From Callorhinchus milii (taxonomy: Eukaryota): 64,000 bases of DNA. Each line of letters starts with the position of its first letter. The stretch's first letter is position 1. A model generated the notes under the pieces. It did no database searches, had not been told where the DNA came from, and saw only the letters and a list, made by a program, of their open reading frames with translations. Position numbers and translations under genes: made by a program. Location: the NCBI RefSeq assembly GCF_018977255.1, contig NW_024704742.1:18726001-18790000 (forward strand), in the 5' to 3' direction. Below, piece after piece: positions 50,899 to 63,567 of the stretch.

Positions 50899-51273
50899 AT
50901 AATAATAAAGATCCTTGCATTTGATACAGCACTTTATCACATCTTCGTGTTATCTCAAAGCGTTTCATAGAATACACTGTCAAGTGAATTTGACTGCGTA
51001 TTTTATAGGTGAAATGGGGCAGCCAATTGTGCATAACAGTGTCCAACAAACAGTCGTAGATTGAGTGACCAATTTATTATAATTTTTTTTTGAAGGAATT
51101 ATTACCCCTGGAAAGGCGATCCACCAATTGACTAACAACCAGGTTCCCACTTACTGCTAGGTAAATGAGCAAGTGGAGTAAGGAAACTTGCCCAGTGTTT
51201 CACCCTGCCGGGAATCGAAACCAGGTTTCTCGCTTGCGAGGTGAGTGCTCTAACCATTGAGCTACAGGACTAC
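50899..51273 (-). mobile_element. tRNA-derived Deu-SINE (long variant)
   Basis: Reverse head GAGTGCTCTAACCATTGAGCTACAGGAC; long-variant segment CTAACAACCAGGTTCCCACTTACTGCTAGGTAAA. Confidence 0.92.
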
Positions 51274-51293
51274 ACAAACATTCACATGTGTAT

Positions 51294-51770
51294 CTGGAAT
51301 GGAATGGAAATTCTCTCTTGGAGGGACACTTCTTGCTTACCTAATTCTGGAGCGTATTAAATGTAGGTTGGAAAGAGCCAAGGCTTGGGGACCTCAAAGT
51401 GAGATTTGGGATAGTGGTGGAGTTTAACCAGCTAAACCCACAAAGCTTGCCATCGATATTAATGCCTTGCAAGCTTCTCGTCTCTTGTTCAGCTAGAACC
51501 ACCCTGTTTGGACTTTGGCTTGCAGGGTTAACAGAAGTTGAGTGGAAAGAATCTCTCTTCTAGTGATTGGTCTGCCCTCCAAGTCCTTCTGATAAGCACG
51601 GCTGAGTGGTCTGCCATCAGCAGTGCTTTGGAGAATTGTAAATCTGCCTGACTCAGGAACCGGACTACTGAGACTACCACAGATTTAGACATTCCATTGC
51701 CAAGCATGTCATCTTTTGGCCAACTGAGTTTCAAGGGAACCCTGCTTACCTTATCCCCCCACTTCACCGT
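51294..51770 (-). mobile_element. 3' end of RTE/RTE-X-like LINE (copy 3)
   Basis: ORF 51528-51767 (WPKDDMLGNGMS..VVRFLSQ) homologous to ORF 20341-20748; TGGAATGGAATGGAA tail. Confidence 0.7.
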
Positions 51771-52349
51771 GAGTGTGTACCACCTAATGTTTAGATAAGA
51801 ATGATGTTGGCAGAGTCCTGGATCCAGTCATGTTCTTGCCTTCTCGGCCACGGTGGGTTGTGCAGTGCAAAGAAACCAAAAGGAAAAAAATAACTTCAGA
51901 ACAGGCCAAAAAAAGTTTAGTAAGACCGAAAAACATTGTAAAATGTATTTCGTAACAGCATCAGCATCTGATGTGCAGCAGATTGCAGATTTTTCCCAGT
52001 AGACAATGTGCTGCAGCTGTTAAATTAGATCATTCTGAGATATAATAGGAATTGGGTTTAAGTTAAAACTCCACAATGCAGCAGCACAGTCTCTTTCGTT
52101 GTGCATTTTTCACCCTCCTATACTGGAGCCACTGTTCCTTGCTAAAATACTATTGTGGAAAGATATCTTCATGTATGAGCTTAGTCAGCGAGTGCCTAAA
52201 GGTTAATGGATCACAGCCGAGCCACAACCTTGTTTACACCCAGTTGGGACTCTATGGGTTACGACCAGCAGGACGAACCAAAAGGTGACTTTATTCCCTC
52301 CCCCACTCAGAGGGTCCAAAGTCTAACTGCAGCATACCCAGTGTTCAAG

Positions 52350-52700
52350 GAATGATCCATGAAAAATGATTAGATGAAGTAGGGCTCTTCAGTCTTGAAG
52401 AGAGATGTCTCAGGTGGACCTTGTAAAGATGTGTAACATTTTAAATGAGATTGAAAAAATAAATCTAGAACAATACTTTTGCGTGTACTAAGACAGTAGA
52501 ACAAGAGTAGTTTGGTTTAGAGTTGCAAAGGGCAATTTCCCGACAGACACGAGGATGTTTTCCTCGACCCAGTGGGTATTTAATGACTGGAACAGGTTGC
52601 CAGGACACACAACTCATTAACACAATAGCTTGACAGGACAATGAGACAGTAGAGTGGATGTTCTGATGAGATCAAATGGGCTGAAGTGTGATCTTGTGAA
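52350..52700 (+). mobile_element. CR1 3' fragment
   Basis: GGGCTCTTCAGTCTTGAAGAGAGA (GLFSLE.R), AATGACTGGAACAGGTTGCC (NDWNRLP). Confidence 0.8.
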
Positions 52701-52854
52701 CCTAACCATTGCTCTGGGTGAGGTTAGTTAACACAGCACAAACAAGAAATAGAAAATAGATCTGTATGACTTAGCATCACAAAGTGTAATGTTTTCAATT
52801 CACCCAATTTATCACACAAGTAATAGTCAACACTGGCCTTTTAAACCCAATTAG

Positions 52855-53245
52855 CTGTCGCTCTGGCTTAGTTGATAGCTTTTGAGTCTGAAAGTTGTGT
52901 TTTACAGCCCTAAGTTGGGACGTTGAACTCACAGTCTAGGCTGACGCAATGCTCGGAGAGCATTAAGTTGTTGGGGATGCTGTCCATCAGATGATACATT
53001 AAACAGAGGCCAAATCTGCTTGTTCAGGTGGAATTGAAAGAACTTCTGAAAAGATTCTCCTTATGTCCTGGCTAACAATCTCCCAGATAAAGTTGGTCAT
53101 TCTCTTCATAGTGACATTGATGTACAATTCACCTACAAAGTATACAGTCACTGCACTTTACAATAAAAACCTGTGAAGCACTTTACGGTGTTCTCCTGAC
53201 AATGAAAGGTGCTGTATCAAATGCAAGGAAAATCAGGATTATTAT
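52855..53245 (+). mobile_element. Older Deu-SINE
   Basis: GGCTTAGTTGATAGC head, GCTGTCCATCAGATGATACATTAAAC, CTGTGAAGCACTTT tail. Confidence 0.75.
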
Positions 53246-53249
53246 AACT

Positions 53250-53580
53250 GCAGGAAACTCCTTCACTGACAGACCTGCTTTTGAGTCCATTCTTCAGAAC
53301 ACACTTAACAGGCAAAACAAGTTCAGTGGCAATATCTGTCCTGGTGTTAAAAAAAATTGGACAAAGATACAATCCTCTCCAACTCAGTTTCGAACATCCT
53401 CCCTCTTTCCCCATCAAAGCATCAGCAATTGTGATCAAATTCCATTCCTCCTTTTCCAACCTTTCATCAGGGAGACAGCAAGTAATGTGACCTGATGTAT
53501 CAATGGTTCAGGAGGTTCCTGAAAGGAATTTATGGCACATTTGGCTGGTCAATCCAGGGATGGGGAGAGATTTTATTGAG
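53250..53580 (-). mobile_element. Very old LINE RT remnant
   Basis: WRGLYLCPIFFNTRTD resembles RQG..LSP.LFN...D. Confidence 0.3.
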
Positions 53581-54321
53581 ATTTAATTTAAAATTGTGTT
53601 TTCATTGTGTTTTGATAGCTAAAACCCCTGCTGAACTGCTCACTGAATTAATCTTATGTTACAGGCAGCATGTTTTTTTTCCTTTGATAAGTCGCTGTGG
53701 CAGATTGAATTATTACAACCAGAAACAGTGGACTCTGAGTCCTCACCTTCCTGGAAATGTGATCACAGGACTTATGTTATTATTGCATTTATGAAGACTG
53801 CTTTGTAATTCCACTATACGGTTCAGACCATGATTTATTCAGATGACCAGTGACAATAATCCCTAGTCTCTGGCAGCAATAATTCACACTAGTGAATAGA
53901 AAAACAATAGCAGGTAAATGTGAATTATCACTTTTTAGGGAGTTATTAGAAGTTTATTTGAAACTGTGCCATTTAATCTGCTGTTAAGATGTTTACATAT
54001 GGTACATTGAGTTGATTAATAACCTGACATTGTTAGAAACTAACATGGGTTTAATTGCACATCAATTTTAAGAACCTGATCTCCATCCCTTCCCAAATTT
54101 GTGCCTCTGGTGTGTTGCAGTGTATAATGCAAGGCATTCCAGATAAACACCAGGAATTCTTTCCGCTGCTCCATCCAAGCCTGTTTGTGACAACAAACAT
54201 AACTCTGGTACAAAATAATAGATTGTGGATGTTCCATCCAAATCTTGGGCCAACCCAATACCTAAACAAAGCATCACTAATGATCTCAGGTAGTTTGGGA
54301 AGGCACCCTGGTTTGATCACA

Positions 54322-54525
54322 ACATCGCAAGATTGGTTTGGATTAAGAAGGCCCTTCGGCCTGTTTGGTGTCATCCCTTCAGAATACACATCCTGTCATC
54401 CTCCCATTACAGCCTCAAGCTGCCTTTTAGTATGCGCCTGGTGTCCAGGCCTTATTCACTTTTCCTGGCAGGCTATTCCAGTTGTTAATTGTCCTCTGAG
54501 TAAAGAAAACCTTCCTAGAATCTGT
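54322..54525 (-). mobile_element. CR1 3' fragment
   Basis: ORF 54427-54618 contains FTDSRKVFFTQRTINNWNSLP; reverse 3' UTR AAGAAGGCCCTTCGGCC. Confidence 0.8.
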
Positions 54526-56599
54526 GAACACCCTGTACAATATAATAATAATACTTGAGTTTGGTATCATGCCCAATGTGTAAACACTGCAAAGCACTTT
54601 ACAGTTAATTGCTATCATGTGTGGTCAGAGTGACACATCATCAAAAAATAATAGGCAAAGCTGCTAGTTTAATGATACAGTTGAATTAACATACATTGGG
54701 GATCAAACCAACCATTCTATTTGGACTAATCCTGTGTCACACAGTCTTTTACCCACGACCTAGGAGCTAGGTTGTAACTTCATTTAACAAGGGAAGCTTG
54801 CATTTTGTCAGCACCTGCTTATAACTATTCCCTTATTGGATATTCCGATAAAGTGGCTGCAGTTTTAAAGAGATAAGTTCTCATTGTTAAGTGTAAGTGA
54901 GCTTGGTTTCCTTACAAGACCCAAAATTCAAAAACAAGTTGAGAGCGAGCTCCTATTCTCTTTTGCACTTGAATTGCATATTTCAAGGGAAGGGAATAGA
55001 GGGGTATGGGAGAGGGGATTAAGAGGGATGAAGGCTTATTATGTGGAGTATAAATACCAGCATGGATTAGTTGGATCAAATGGCCTGTTTCCAGCTTGTT
55101 ATGTTCCAAGTATATTTAATATAAATAATATAAATGCAGTATATTCTGTGAAGCGCTTTGAGACTTCTCGAAGATGTGAAAAGCGCTATATCAAATGCAA
55201 GGATTATTATTATTATAAATAAATATAAATAATTCTAAATAACTCTGCAGAAGCAATCCCGTGCACAAAAGGCAGGAAAGAGATGATGTCAGCAGCAAAT
55301 TGAAGGCTCAGAAGGTGGTCATGTTTTAGTGTGGGAAGCTGGCCAGTTAATGGAATGTAGCATGCACCCCGCAGATCCCGACACTCACTATAACACAGGT
55401 TTAATCTTGGAGGGGGAAACTCGGAACAGCAACAGTAACACAACAACTGAGGAAGGCACACAATCAGTGCCTGCCACCCCCAAGTGAAAGTTGCCACTCT
55501 TCTCAGACCAGACCCAGCATCAAGACAGGTTTGGGGATGTTGGCACATCCTTAAGAGACACAGGGTCCACTCCGCAAGCCTTCCTGCTCTGAGGTCCTGG
55601 TGCTCACTACAGCAGGAAGACAGTTAGACACATGCTCTACAGGAAGCCTCGTTCCAGTTTATTTATAATATTTTCAGTGAAATGTGTGCTTGTGGACTTG
55701 TAGAAGAGAGTTCAAAAAATGGTAAATGAATCTTACCTTGATACATTGCTGACAAACATTGCTTCCAATTTGTTCATTTCTTTGAAGATTTTTACACTCA
55801 TTACGTTAAGGAGTGTCAATATTGGGAATGCAAAACTCACTTTGCCATTGCCATCCATTTGCCACTATTAAGACCAGTAGGCCAGGTATAACACAAGCCA
55901 AACACACAGACAAGCTCTTTACTCAAGCCTCAAGGGAAAAAAAATACCCTTACTACTGCAGAGATGAGATTATTTTCAAGAATGATCTGAGGGATATTGC
56001 CAATTTATGTCACTTGAGACTGCTCAAAATGATTTGCAAGCTTTAATTCCATCAGCCCAAGCTGGACCCCAACATAGGTTCTAGATGTAAAGGGACAGTG
56101 CACTAACCAGTGAGGTCTACATTACAGTGATTCATAATGGCTTTCGTTGACATGATCTTTGACTTGTAAGCAGCGAATCCCAAGTACATCATGCTGTCCT
56201 ATGGAACCTCCAGAAGTATGTCAGATTGAACATCCTGTCAGTCAGAGTTACCTTCTTCTAGTGAACGTGAAGAGTCCTTATTTACAATTGAATTCCTTAT
56301 TAAGGAGTCTCCAGTTAGAAATTCCACCTGAGTCTAGATTTACTGTTAACTTAGGTTTAACACTCTGAAATGCTACACTAACTGTGAAATTGAGTAAATC
56401 TATATGGAGAAATTTCTCCACACCAATTGCTAATTGCTCCTATTTTGGTGCTCCCCTTTTCATCATCCTATATAGCCCATTACCTACATTCTTGCCCAGT
56501 TCCATCTCTTTCATCTGCTGCAACCCTATTCCACCGGCTATTCCCTTTTTTCCGCAAACTCCAGCTTGCTTCACATTGACCACCTGCTCCATTTTACCA

Positions 56600-56815
56600 T
56601 CCACTTTGCCCCAATTACTCAAGCTTTTTCTCAAATTCCCTTCATCTTGCCCTTCCCTCTCTGGTTCCAAAGACCATCTGAAAACCTACCTCTTTCGGCC
56701 TCCTCCTACTACGTGCCCTAGCTCCCTTCCAGCTCGATCTCTTGCTCATTCTCTGTGAAATACTTTGAGACATTCTCCCAAAGTGAAAAGCGTTATATAA
56801 GTGTAAATTGTTGTT
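56600..56815 (+). mobile_element. Old L2 3' fragment
   Basis: CCATCTGAAAACCTACCTCTTT, GTGAAAAGCGTTATATAAGTGTAAATTGTTG. Confidence 0.7.
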
Positions 56816-56945
56816 GTGTGTATTTATGTGTGTTTATATCTGTTTGCTTATATTTGTATGTTTATGTGTATGCGTTTCTATGTGTGTTTGTATGTATGTA
56901 TTTCTGTATGTATGTATGAATGTGTGTATGTATATGTATGCATAT
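56810..56945. repeat. Degenerate (TG/TATG) microsatellite grown from the L2 tail
   Basis: TGTGTATTTATGTGTG...TGTATGTATGTATG. Confidence 0.9.
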
Positions 56946-57049
56946 CAATTGATCACAGAATTGGGCTTAGCCACTTTCCTCCTAGTGCTACTGACTGTGT
57001 AAGCTCAAAGTTAGGCAAAGAAGTGCCTTTAAACTATTATCCAATATAA

Positions 57050-57356
57050 ATAATAATAATAACCCTTGAATTTGATATAGCGCTTTTCACGTCGGGAGGA
57101 CGTCCCAAAGCGCTTCACAGAACACACTGTAAAGTGAATTGACTGTATATTTGTGGGCGAACGCGGCAGCCAATTGCGCAGCAATGTCCCACAAACAGTC
57201 GTAGATTGAAAATGACCAATTTATTATTGTTTTTGGAGGGATTATTATTAGGCGTGTGGAGTAAGGAAACTTGCCCAAGGTTTCGCCCTGCCTGGAATTG
57301 AACTCAGGTCTCTCGCTTGCAAAGCGAGTGCTCTAACCACTGAGCTACAGGACTCC
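57050..57356 (-). mobile_element. Young full-length tRNA(Ala, TGC)-headed Deu-SINE with L2-identical tail stem-loop
   Basis: Head GGAGTCCTGTAGCTCAGTGGTTAGAGCACTCGCTTTGCAAGCGAG...GAGTTCAATTCC; tail GGGACGTCCTCCCGACGTGAAA. Confidence 0.95.
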
Positions 57357-57866
57357 ACATAATGAGGAGGACTGGTTCAGGAGAGTTGAGAAACTTTAGA
57401 AAAGGAGAAATTTAGAAAACAATTGTTATGGTTATCATCCCAATTGCCAATACAGATCAATGGTGGAACATAGAAAATGGTACAAAGGGATTTTTTTTTA
57501 TTACATGATGTTCAATTGTGTAACATAAAAAATATCACTTGCATATGGAGAAATATTTTATTCCTCTGTGAGCTAGGTAACTTTTACTTCTAAAGGGGAA
57601 ATCAAATCAGATACAAAACACAGATAGAGATTCACTAATAAACCCCAAATATCTTATGCAGTGATAGTTACATATTCAGTCTAATATAAACCTCAGCCAA
57701 TTCAATACTGTTGGACAGTATTATAAACATCATTTTCAGGATTTGTGTGGATGATGGTGGATTGTTCATATTTCTTAACCCATGAGAAAGACCTGCTGAG
57801 CTCATTCCCGCCTTCGGTGTGTGAAGCTCTCAGCAGTACTGAATATAGAAACAAGGACAATACATT

Positions 57867-58061
57867 GGGGGTTGATTTGCAAGATTCACTTTGGTAATAG
57901 TGATTGCTGATGTTTCAATGCTTGTTTCTTAGAACTCCGCTTGGACTCTGATCTCAGTTTTGACTATCGATCTACCAGCGGAGTTTCAGAGGGCTGGCCA
58001 CCACACATCTGGAATTTTTGCTGATTTGAAATCCATCTGTGAATCTCATAGATTCAACCCT
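57867..58061. mobile_element. Old MITE-like element with imperfect terminal inverted repeats of about 22 bp
   Basis: GGGGTTGATTTGCAAGATTCAC ... GTGAATCTCATAGATTCAACCC; inner hairpin AACTCCGCT/AGCGGAGTT. Confidence 0.45.
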
Positions 58062-58064
58062 AAT

Positions 58065-58450
58065 AGATAATAATACTAATCCTTATACTTAATCATATCA
58101 TTGAGATGTCTCAAAGCACTTCACAGGAAGTGGATTGATCATGTACTTTGTGGGCAAAACGCGACGGCCAATTGTGCACGACAGTGTCCCACAAACAGTC
58201 ATGGACTCAGGGCACACATTTCTTTTGAGGGATTATTACCCGCAAATTGATTAACAACTGGATTCCTACTTACTGCTTGTTTCAGCCCTCTGAAACTCCG
58301 CTTATAGATTGATTTCATGATAGTCAAAACCGAGATTGGTGTCCAAGCAGAGTTCTAGGAGTTCAAGGAAACAGAGCGGTGTGGAGTAACAAAACTTGCC
58401 TAAGGTTTCTTCCTGCTGGGATATCGAACCCGGGTCCTCTTGCCTGCGAT
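58065..58450 (-). mobile_element. Long-variant Deu-SINE carrying a foreign insertion of about 90 bp
   Basis: Reverse B box ATCGAACCC, GTGGAGTAAC, TTCCTACTTACTGCT, Deu core; insert about 58278-58368. Confidence 0.8.
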
Positions 58451-59499
58451 CACATTCCAGAACAGAGACAGTAAATAAATTGTACACAACTTGGCCTCCT
58501 ATCTGCAGACTTCAATTCAACACTGCATTCAAAACAGGAGCTATAAATTCTAAGTATGCTTCATCATTGTATATTGTGCTTGACTTGTTTTCTCAAGTAA
58601 AACAAGCCTGATTGAGGAAATGATGGTTTGATGATAAATCCTCCAGGCTTCAAGGATATCACGTAGGCTCTGAATATGACATTGAGGTAACATGAGCACC
58701 TCTGCTGCATGCTGATGCTTATTTTGTTCTCAATTAGCAACAAGTACACAAATAATTCATAAACCACATAATAAGTTGAAGGCTCAGCATACGGATTTGT
58801 TAAGGCAGAGAGGATAGGTACTTGATCATCAAGGCGCTGCATGCTATTTGCTTTTTATGATTTGCTCAGGTGGATATTACGGAGTTGCCAAGGATATCAT
58901 TGCAACCCATCTCATTCACGATTTGCCTGGTACTGCATGTAACGCACAATAATAATAGTAATACAGTGCTTGCATTTGACACAGATATTTGCATATCGGG
59001 AGGACCCCTCAAAGGGCTTCACAGAATTTACTGTAAAGTGTAGTGATCGTGCATTTTGTAGGCAAACATTGAACAATGATTGATTGTTCAACTGTCTAGT
59101 AAGTTCTGTAAATACTACCCCCAAGGCAGGCTATTGAAGCTCCACTCCCTTTGTCCAATGTATATACTTATTTCTCATAAATATCAGCTGGCAGACATGT
59201 TTGTGTTAACAGGTTATACTGCACATATATGGCTGTCAGAACTGTGCTCCACTTCATTTAATGCGTTTTGCACAGGTGTCATAAGGTCCGAAGAATTTAG
59301 AAGAGTACTGTAGCATTCTGTGCCTCAGAGATTGCCTGTGTGTTGAAGGATTGGAACTTCTCACAGTTGATGCTAATCACCGGATGTTCAGAAAGAGCCC
59401 TTATCTCATCGCATGTGCAGTTGAGCATATCCTGAACTTTGCAAATCAGGCCAGAGCACTTGGGGAAATGCATGAAGCATGAAAACCACAATCCTTCCT

Positions 59500-59950
59500 G
59501 AACACAATGTGCCATTGTACTGTGAGCAATACCAGCATAATCTCTGCCAGGCGATTGGAAGGACCTTGTGGCAAAATTCAGGATAACTCTAACTTTCACT
59601 TTAATAAGTACCGTGTGCCGAGTTTCACAGAAGCACAGTTCAAAACTAGAGAAATAATAATGTATGTGAATGATAACCTCCCTGTTAAACTTGAATCTCC
59701 TCACTCTTGAATCTCCTCTCTCTTCAGACAGACCCAGATAAGTTAGATTTCTCCTAAAAAAAAACCTTACACCTGAATAAGAACTTCTGAATTCCTTCTC
59801 TTTCATTCTCACACTTCTTCAAGAAAATGATGTCTGCATTTATCCCAATCAAAGACATGTCACTGAATAATCATGAGAACCTTGGAAATTTTCATAGTCT
59901 TAGCATTAAGATTGTTTTCTTGCAATGCAGAATGGTGCAGAATTCTTTAA
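59500..59950 (+). mobile_element. LINE APE endonuclease remnant
   Basis: NFHFNKYRV...TREIIMYVNDNLPVK resembles the G.GGV..YV...L motif. Confidence 0.4.
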
Positions 59951-60199
59951 TATGGAAGGTGTTTTGCTGCCGTTCTGAAAAAAAATTGCAAATTAAGATA
60001 GAATTTGAGAATTAATTACTTTGAGATGTCCTCCTGATATGCAGGTATAATACCAAATACATACCCTACATTTAAGATAATAAAGCACTTAGGGTCAAGA
60101 CCACGAGAAAGTATGATTCATTTATAAATCTTACCTGTTTTCCCTTCCTGGAGCCCAAATAAGCTAACTCTAATTGTTGCTCTAACTGAGACAAATATT

Positions 60200-60530
60200 A
60201 ATAAAAATAATCCTTGCATTTGATATAGCTCCTTATCACGTCATTGAGACATCTCAAAACTTCACAGAATAAAATAATCCTTGCATTTGATATAGCGCTT
60301 TTCACATCTTCTCGACGTCTCAAAGCGCTTCACAGTATATGCTGTAAAGTGTAGTGACTGTATATTTTGTGGACGAAATGCAGCATCCAGTTGCACACAG
60401 TATCGTTCCACAAACACCCACAAAATGAGTGATCAATTTTATTTGGCGATTGTTTTACCTGGAGAGCAAGAGAAACTACCTTCGCTTTTCAAGTAGCCCT
60501 ATGAGATCTTTAACATCCACCTGAACAGAA
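60200..60530 (-). mobile_element. Deu-SINE with two tandem 3' tails
   Basis: AAAATAATCCTTGCATTTGATATAGC occurs at about 60204 and again at about 60271. Confidence 0.85.
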
Positions 60531-61379
60531 AATGTTACATAGATAGAACAAATCTAAGCCCATGTGGCATTTCTTCCTGGATATCTGTATGATAATAAAT
60601 TATAAGAATCATCAATCTAACAGCAGCCATCTATTGATTACAATGAACAATCATGACCTTTCAAAATTATTTTTCATTACTGAATTGTAAGGAGAATATC
60701 CTGTGAATCACAGCAAACCTCTTGAGAAACTACAAATCACCACAGACAATATCTTTGTTTGAATGTTGCATATAAATGAATCAGTATTAAAGTTACAGAA
60801 CCAATTAGCTATATGCAGAACCAGGTAAACATTGATTACTGAGAAGGGTTCCTATCTTTTCCTTCACACATTTTCCTGTTGCCTTGTGAACAGCAAATGC
60901 TTTTCACTCAAACATAATGTTACACCTACCCACCCTGGAGAAAACCTTCTGCAAATGTATTGTTCCTTTCGCTAACTAGAGCATTATTTTTCATATCCCA
61001 GACAAACTGAAAATGATGTTGAACGAAATTTTAAGCATTCCTCTTGTTAACTCAACATCATTGAATTGATGTCATTTTAGACTTGGAGTTGTTACTTATT
61101 CAATGTATACACTGCAATGTGATATAAAATACAATAGCGTTATAAAGTGCCTCCAGTTGATAGCTATAGTAATTTGCATTCAAATAACACCTTTCATGAA
61201 AAAAGAATGTCTCCGAGTGCTTGATGAACGTAATGGTGGACACTTGATGGTGGTAATGAGCAATGCATCACTGAACTGTGCTCCTGACGTCGTCCATGTC
61301 AAAGAGGAGTCAGTATGATCACATGGGTCAAGTGAGGGACATGCACTTCTCGTCCTGTTAGGTGTTATTATTTGTGACT

Positions 61380-62626
61380 CAACAACAACAACAAGATTAC
61401 ATTTGTAGAGCGCCTTTCACGTTGGGAGGTCATCCCAAGGCGCTGGACAGTGTACAGCATTTCAGACCCGAGCTGGGGTTGGGGGGGAAGGGAGGGGAGG
61501 GGAAGCGGGGTGGCCAATGGCAATGTCAAAGAGGATGGTCTTGAGGCAGGACTTGAAGGAGTCAGGAAAGAATGGGGGAGATGGGGTCATGGAGTTTGGT
61601 GCGGGAGAGGACACGGGCTGCAGAATTCTGGATTATCTGCAGCCTGTGGAGGGAGGAGTTGGGAAGGCTGACAAGCAGGGTGTTTGCATAATCGAGCCTG
61701 GAGGTGATGAAGGCATGAACAAGAGTTTCAGCAGCCTGAGGGGTGAGGTACTGGTGATGTTATGGAGGTGAGGGAGGACAGAGCGTGTCATGGCTCGGAT
61801 GTGGGGACGAAAAGACAGTTGAGGCTTGAACAAGACACCTAGGTTCCTGACTGGCTTGGTGAGTTGAAGTGTGCAATCATGGAGGTTGATGCTGCCAGAG
61901 CCTGAGGTGATGAGGCGCTGGCGCGAGTCAATCAGGAGGGCCTCAGTCTTGTTCACATTCAACTGTAGGAAATTTGCCCTCATCCAGGACTTGATGTCTG
62001 ACAGACAGTCTGTCAGGACAGCAGTGGTGCTGGAGTTGAGGGTGGAGGCAGAAAGATAGAGTTGGGTGTCATCCGCTTACATGTGGAAGTTGACCCCATG
62101 TCTGCGGACAATGTCACTAAGGGGGAGCATGTAGATATTAACGAGGAGAGAACCAAGGACAGAGCCCTGGGGGGACGCCAGACGTGACAGTGCGGGGGCT
62201 GGAGGAGAAACCGTCAGAGGCAACAAAGTGGAGACGGTGAGAGAGATAGGATTCGATCCAGGCAAGGGCAAGTCCTCGAAGGTTAAGTTAAGAGTAGAGG
62301 TGGTGTATGAGGATGGAGCGGTCGACAGTGTCGAACGCGGCAGAGAGGTCGAGGAGGACAAAGAGATAAAGGGAGCCTTGATCACAGATGTTCAGAAGGT
62401 CATTTGTGACTTTGACCAGGGCTGTTTCCGTGCTATGGGCAGCGCGGAAGCCAGATTGGAAGGGATCAAAGAGGGAATGGCGAGAAAGTCGTCGCGTCCC
62501 AGCAGAGCGACTGGAACGACTCGTTCCAGGACCTTGGAGAAGAATGGGAGGTTAGAGATGGGGCGGTAGTTGGAGAGGAATGATGGGTCCAGGGAAGGTT
62601 TCATCAGGATGGGGTGATGATGACCA
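61380..62626 (-). mobile_element. L2 LINE, RT domain to 3' tail, with internal deletions
   Basis: [60 protein letters not shown]; (CAA)n tail. Confidence 0.95.
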
Positions 62627-63426
62627 CATTAATTCATGACTCATATCATGAATTAATACCAGTTAGTTCCTGTCCACTGTCTCACTTTGCAGCTTCAAGA
62701 TTGATTCACATGTTTCCTGAACTATACAGAAGTCCGAGTGTGTTAACAAGAGCTGTGAGTGTCAGTGAACAATATATCATATGAAAAAGCACAGGAAAAT
62801 AAAATAACATTCATGATTTGTTTTGGTTTGCTATCTTTCAATCACAGTTATGTCTCAGTTGAAGCATCAGTGAATGAATAGAACACGGAATTGACTGACT
62901 ACAGGGAAAGTGAAAATGCTGAACCCTCATTGCACACATGCAAATTCTATAGGTCAGTATCACTATTATTACCCCTGGCACATGTCTATTTTCTGTTTTA
63001 AAAAAAGTTCTAGTTAAATGATATTATTTCCCAACCTTCTTTTATATCACCACAATAATTACTTTGTTTCTTCTCATCCTCTGAACATTTTTATTGGTAA
63101 CTTCTGTGAAATCCAATAAAGTCAGAGTATAATTCTTGGCCTTCTTTCCCAGANTTTTTTTTAGATCTTCTGAAGCTATTGCGAAGACTGCTGTTTTTCA
63201 TATCTACTGAACACCAAACCATACAGCTCTATTTTTAATGGAGCAGATCCAGTCTTTCCTTTAATCTCTTAATGCTACCATCTTAGGTTCTGCGTGCTGC
63301 CTCGCAGGCTGTTCTCTTTTTTCATTCTTGACCTGAAACTAATTAGACTGGAAAGAAAGAGAAGGTGTGGGCTGGCACAAGAGTGTCTGCTTTGGCACCA
63401 GATGAAACAAGCCTCCCAGATGGAAA

Positions 63427-63567
63427 CTCGTAAATTATGATAAATACCCTGCTTTAATTTCATTATTACCGCCAGATTACGGAAATAAATGAAATGTTGT
63501 TTTTTACGAGCTCACTGGTTCTTGTGGGTTTTGCCATGAACGCTCAGTGAGGATCCTCCTTTACGAG
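63427..63567. promoter_or_regulatory. Cluster of three posterior-HOX (HOX13-type) motifs; candidate enhancer
   Basis: CTCGTAAA 63427-63434; TTTACGAG 63503-63510 and 63560-63567. Confidence 0.35.

Noticed and set aside
56808..57049. Hydrophobic Cys/Val/Met-rich ORFs
   Set aside because: Translation of a TG/TATG microsatellite.
57283..57356. tRNA-Ala(TGC)-like sequence (also at 31593, 36642, 40340, 47490, 50045, 51200)
   Set aside because: These are SINE heads fused to the Deu body and L2-like tail, not free tRNA genes.
63154..63154. Single N base
   Set aside because: Assembly ambiguity next to a T run; not biological.
63279..63338. Possible minus-strand exon (SRMKKENSLRGSTQNLR)
   Set aside because: Ambiguous acceptor, mediocre donor, peptide not recognised and no partner exons found.
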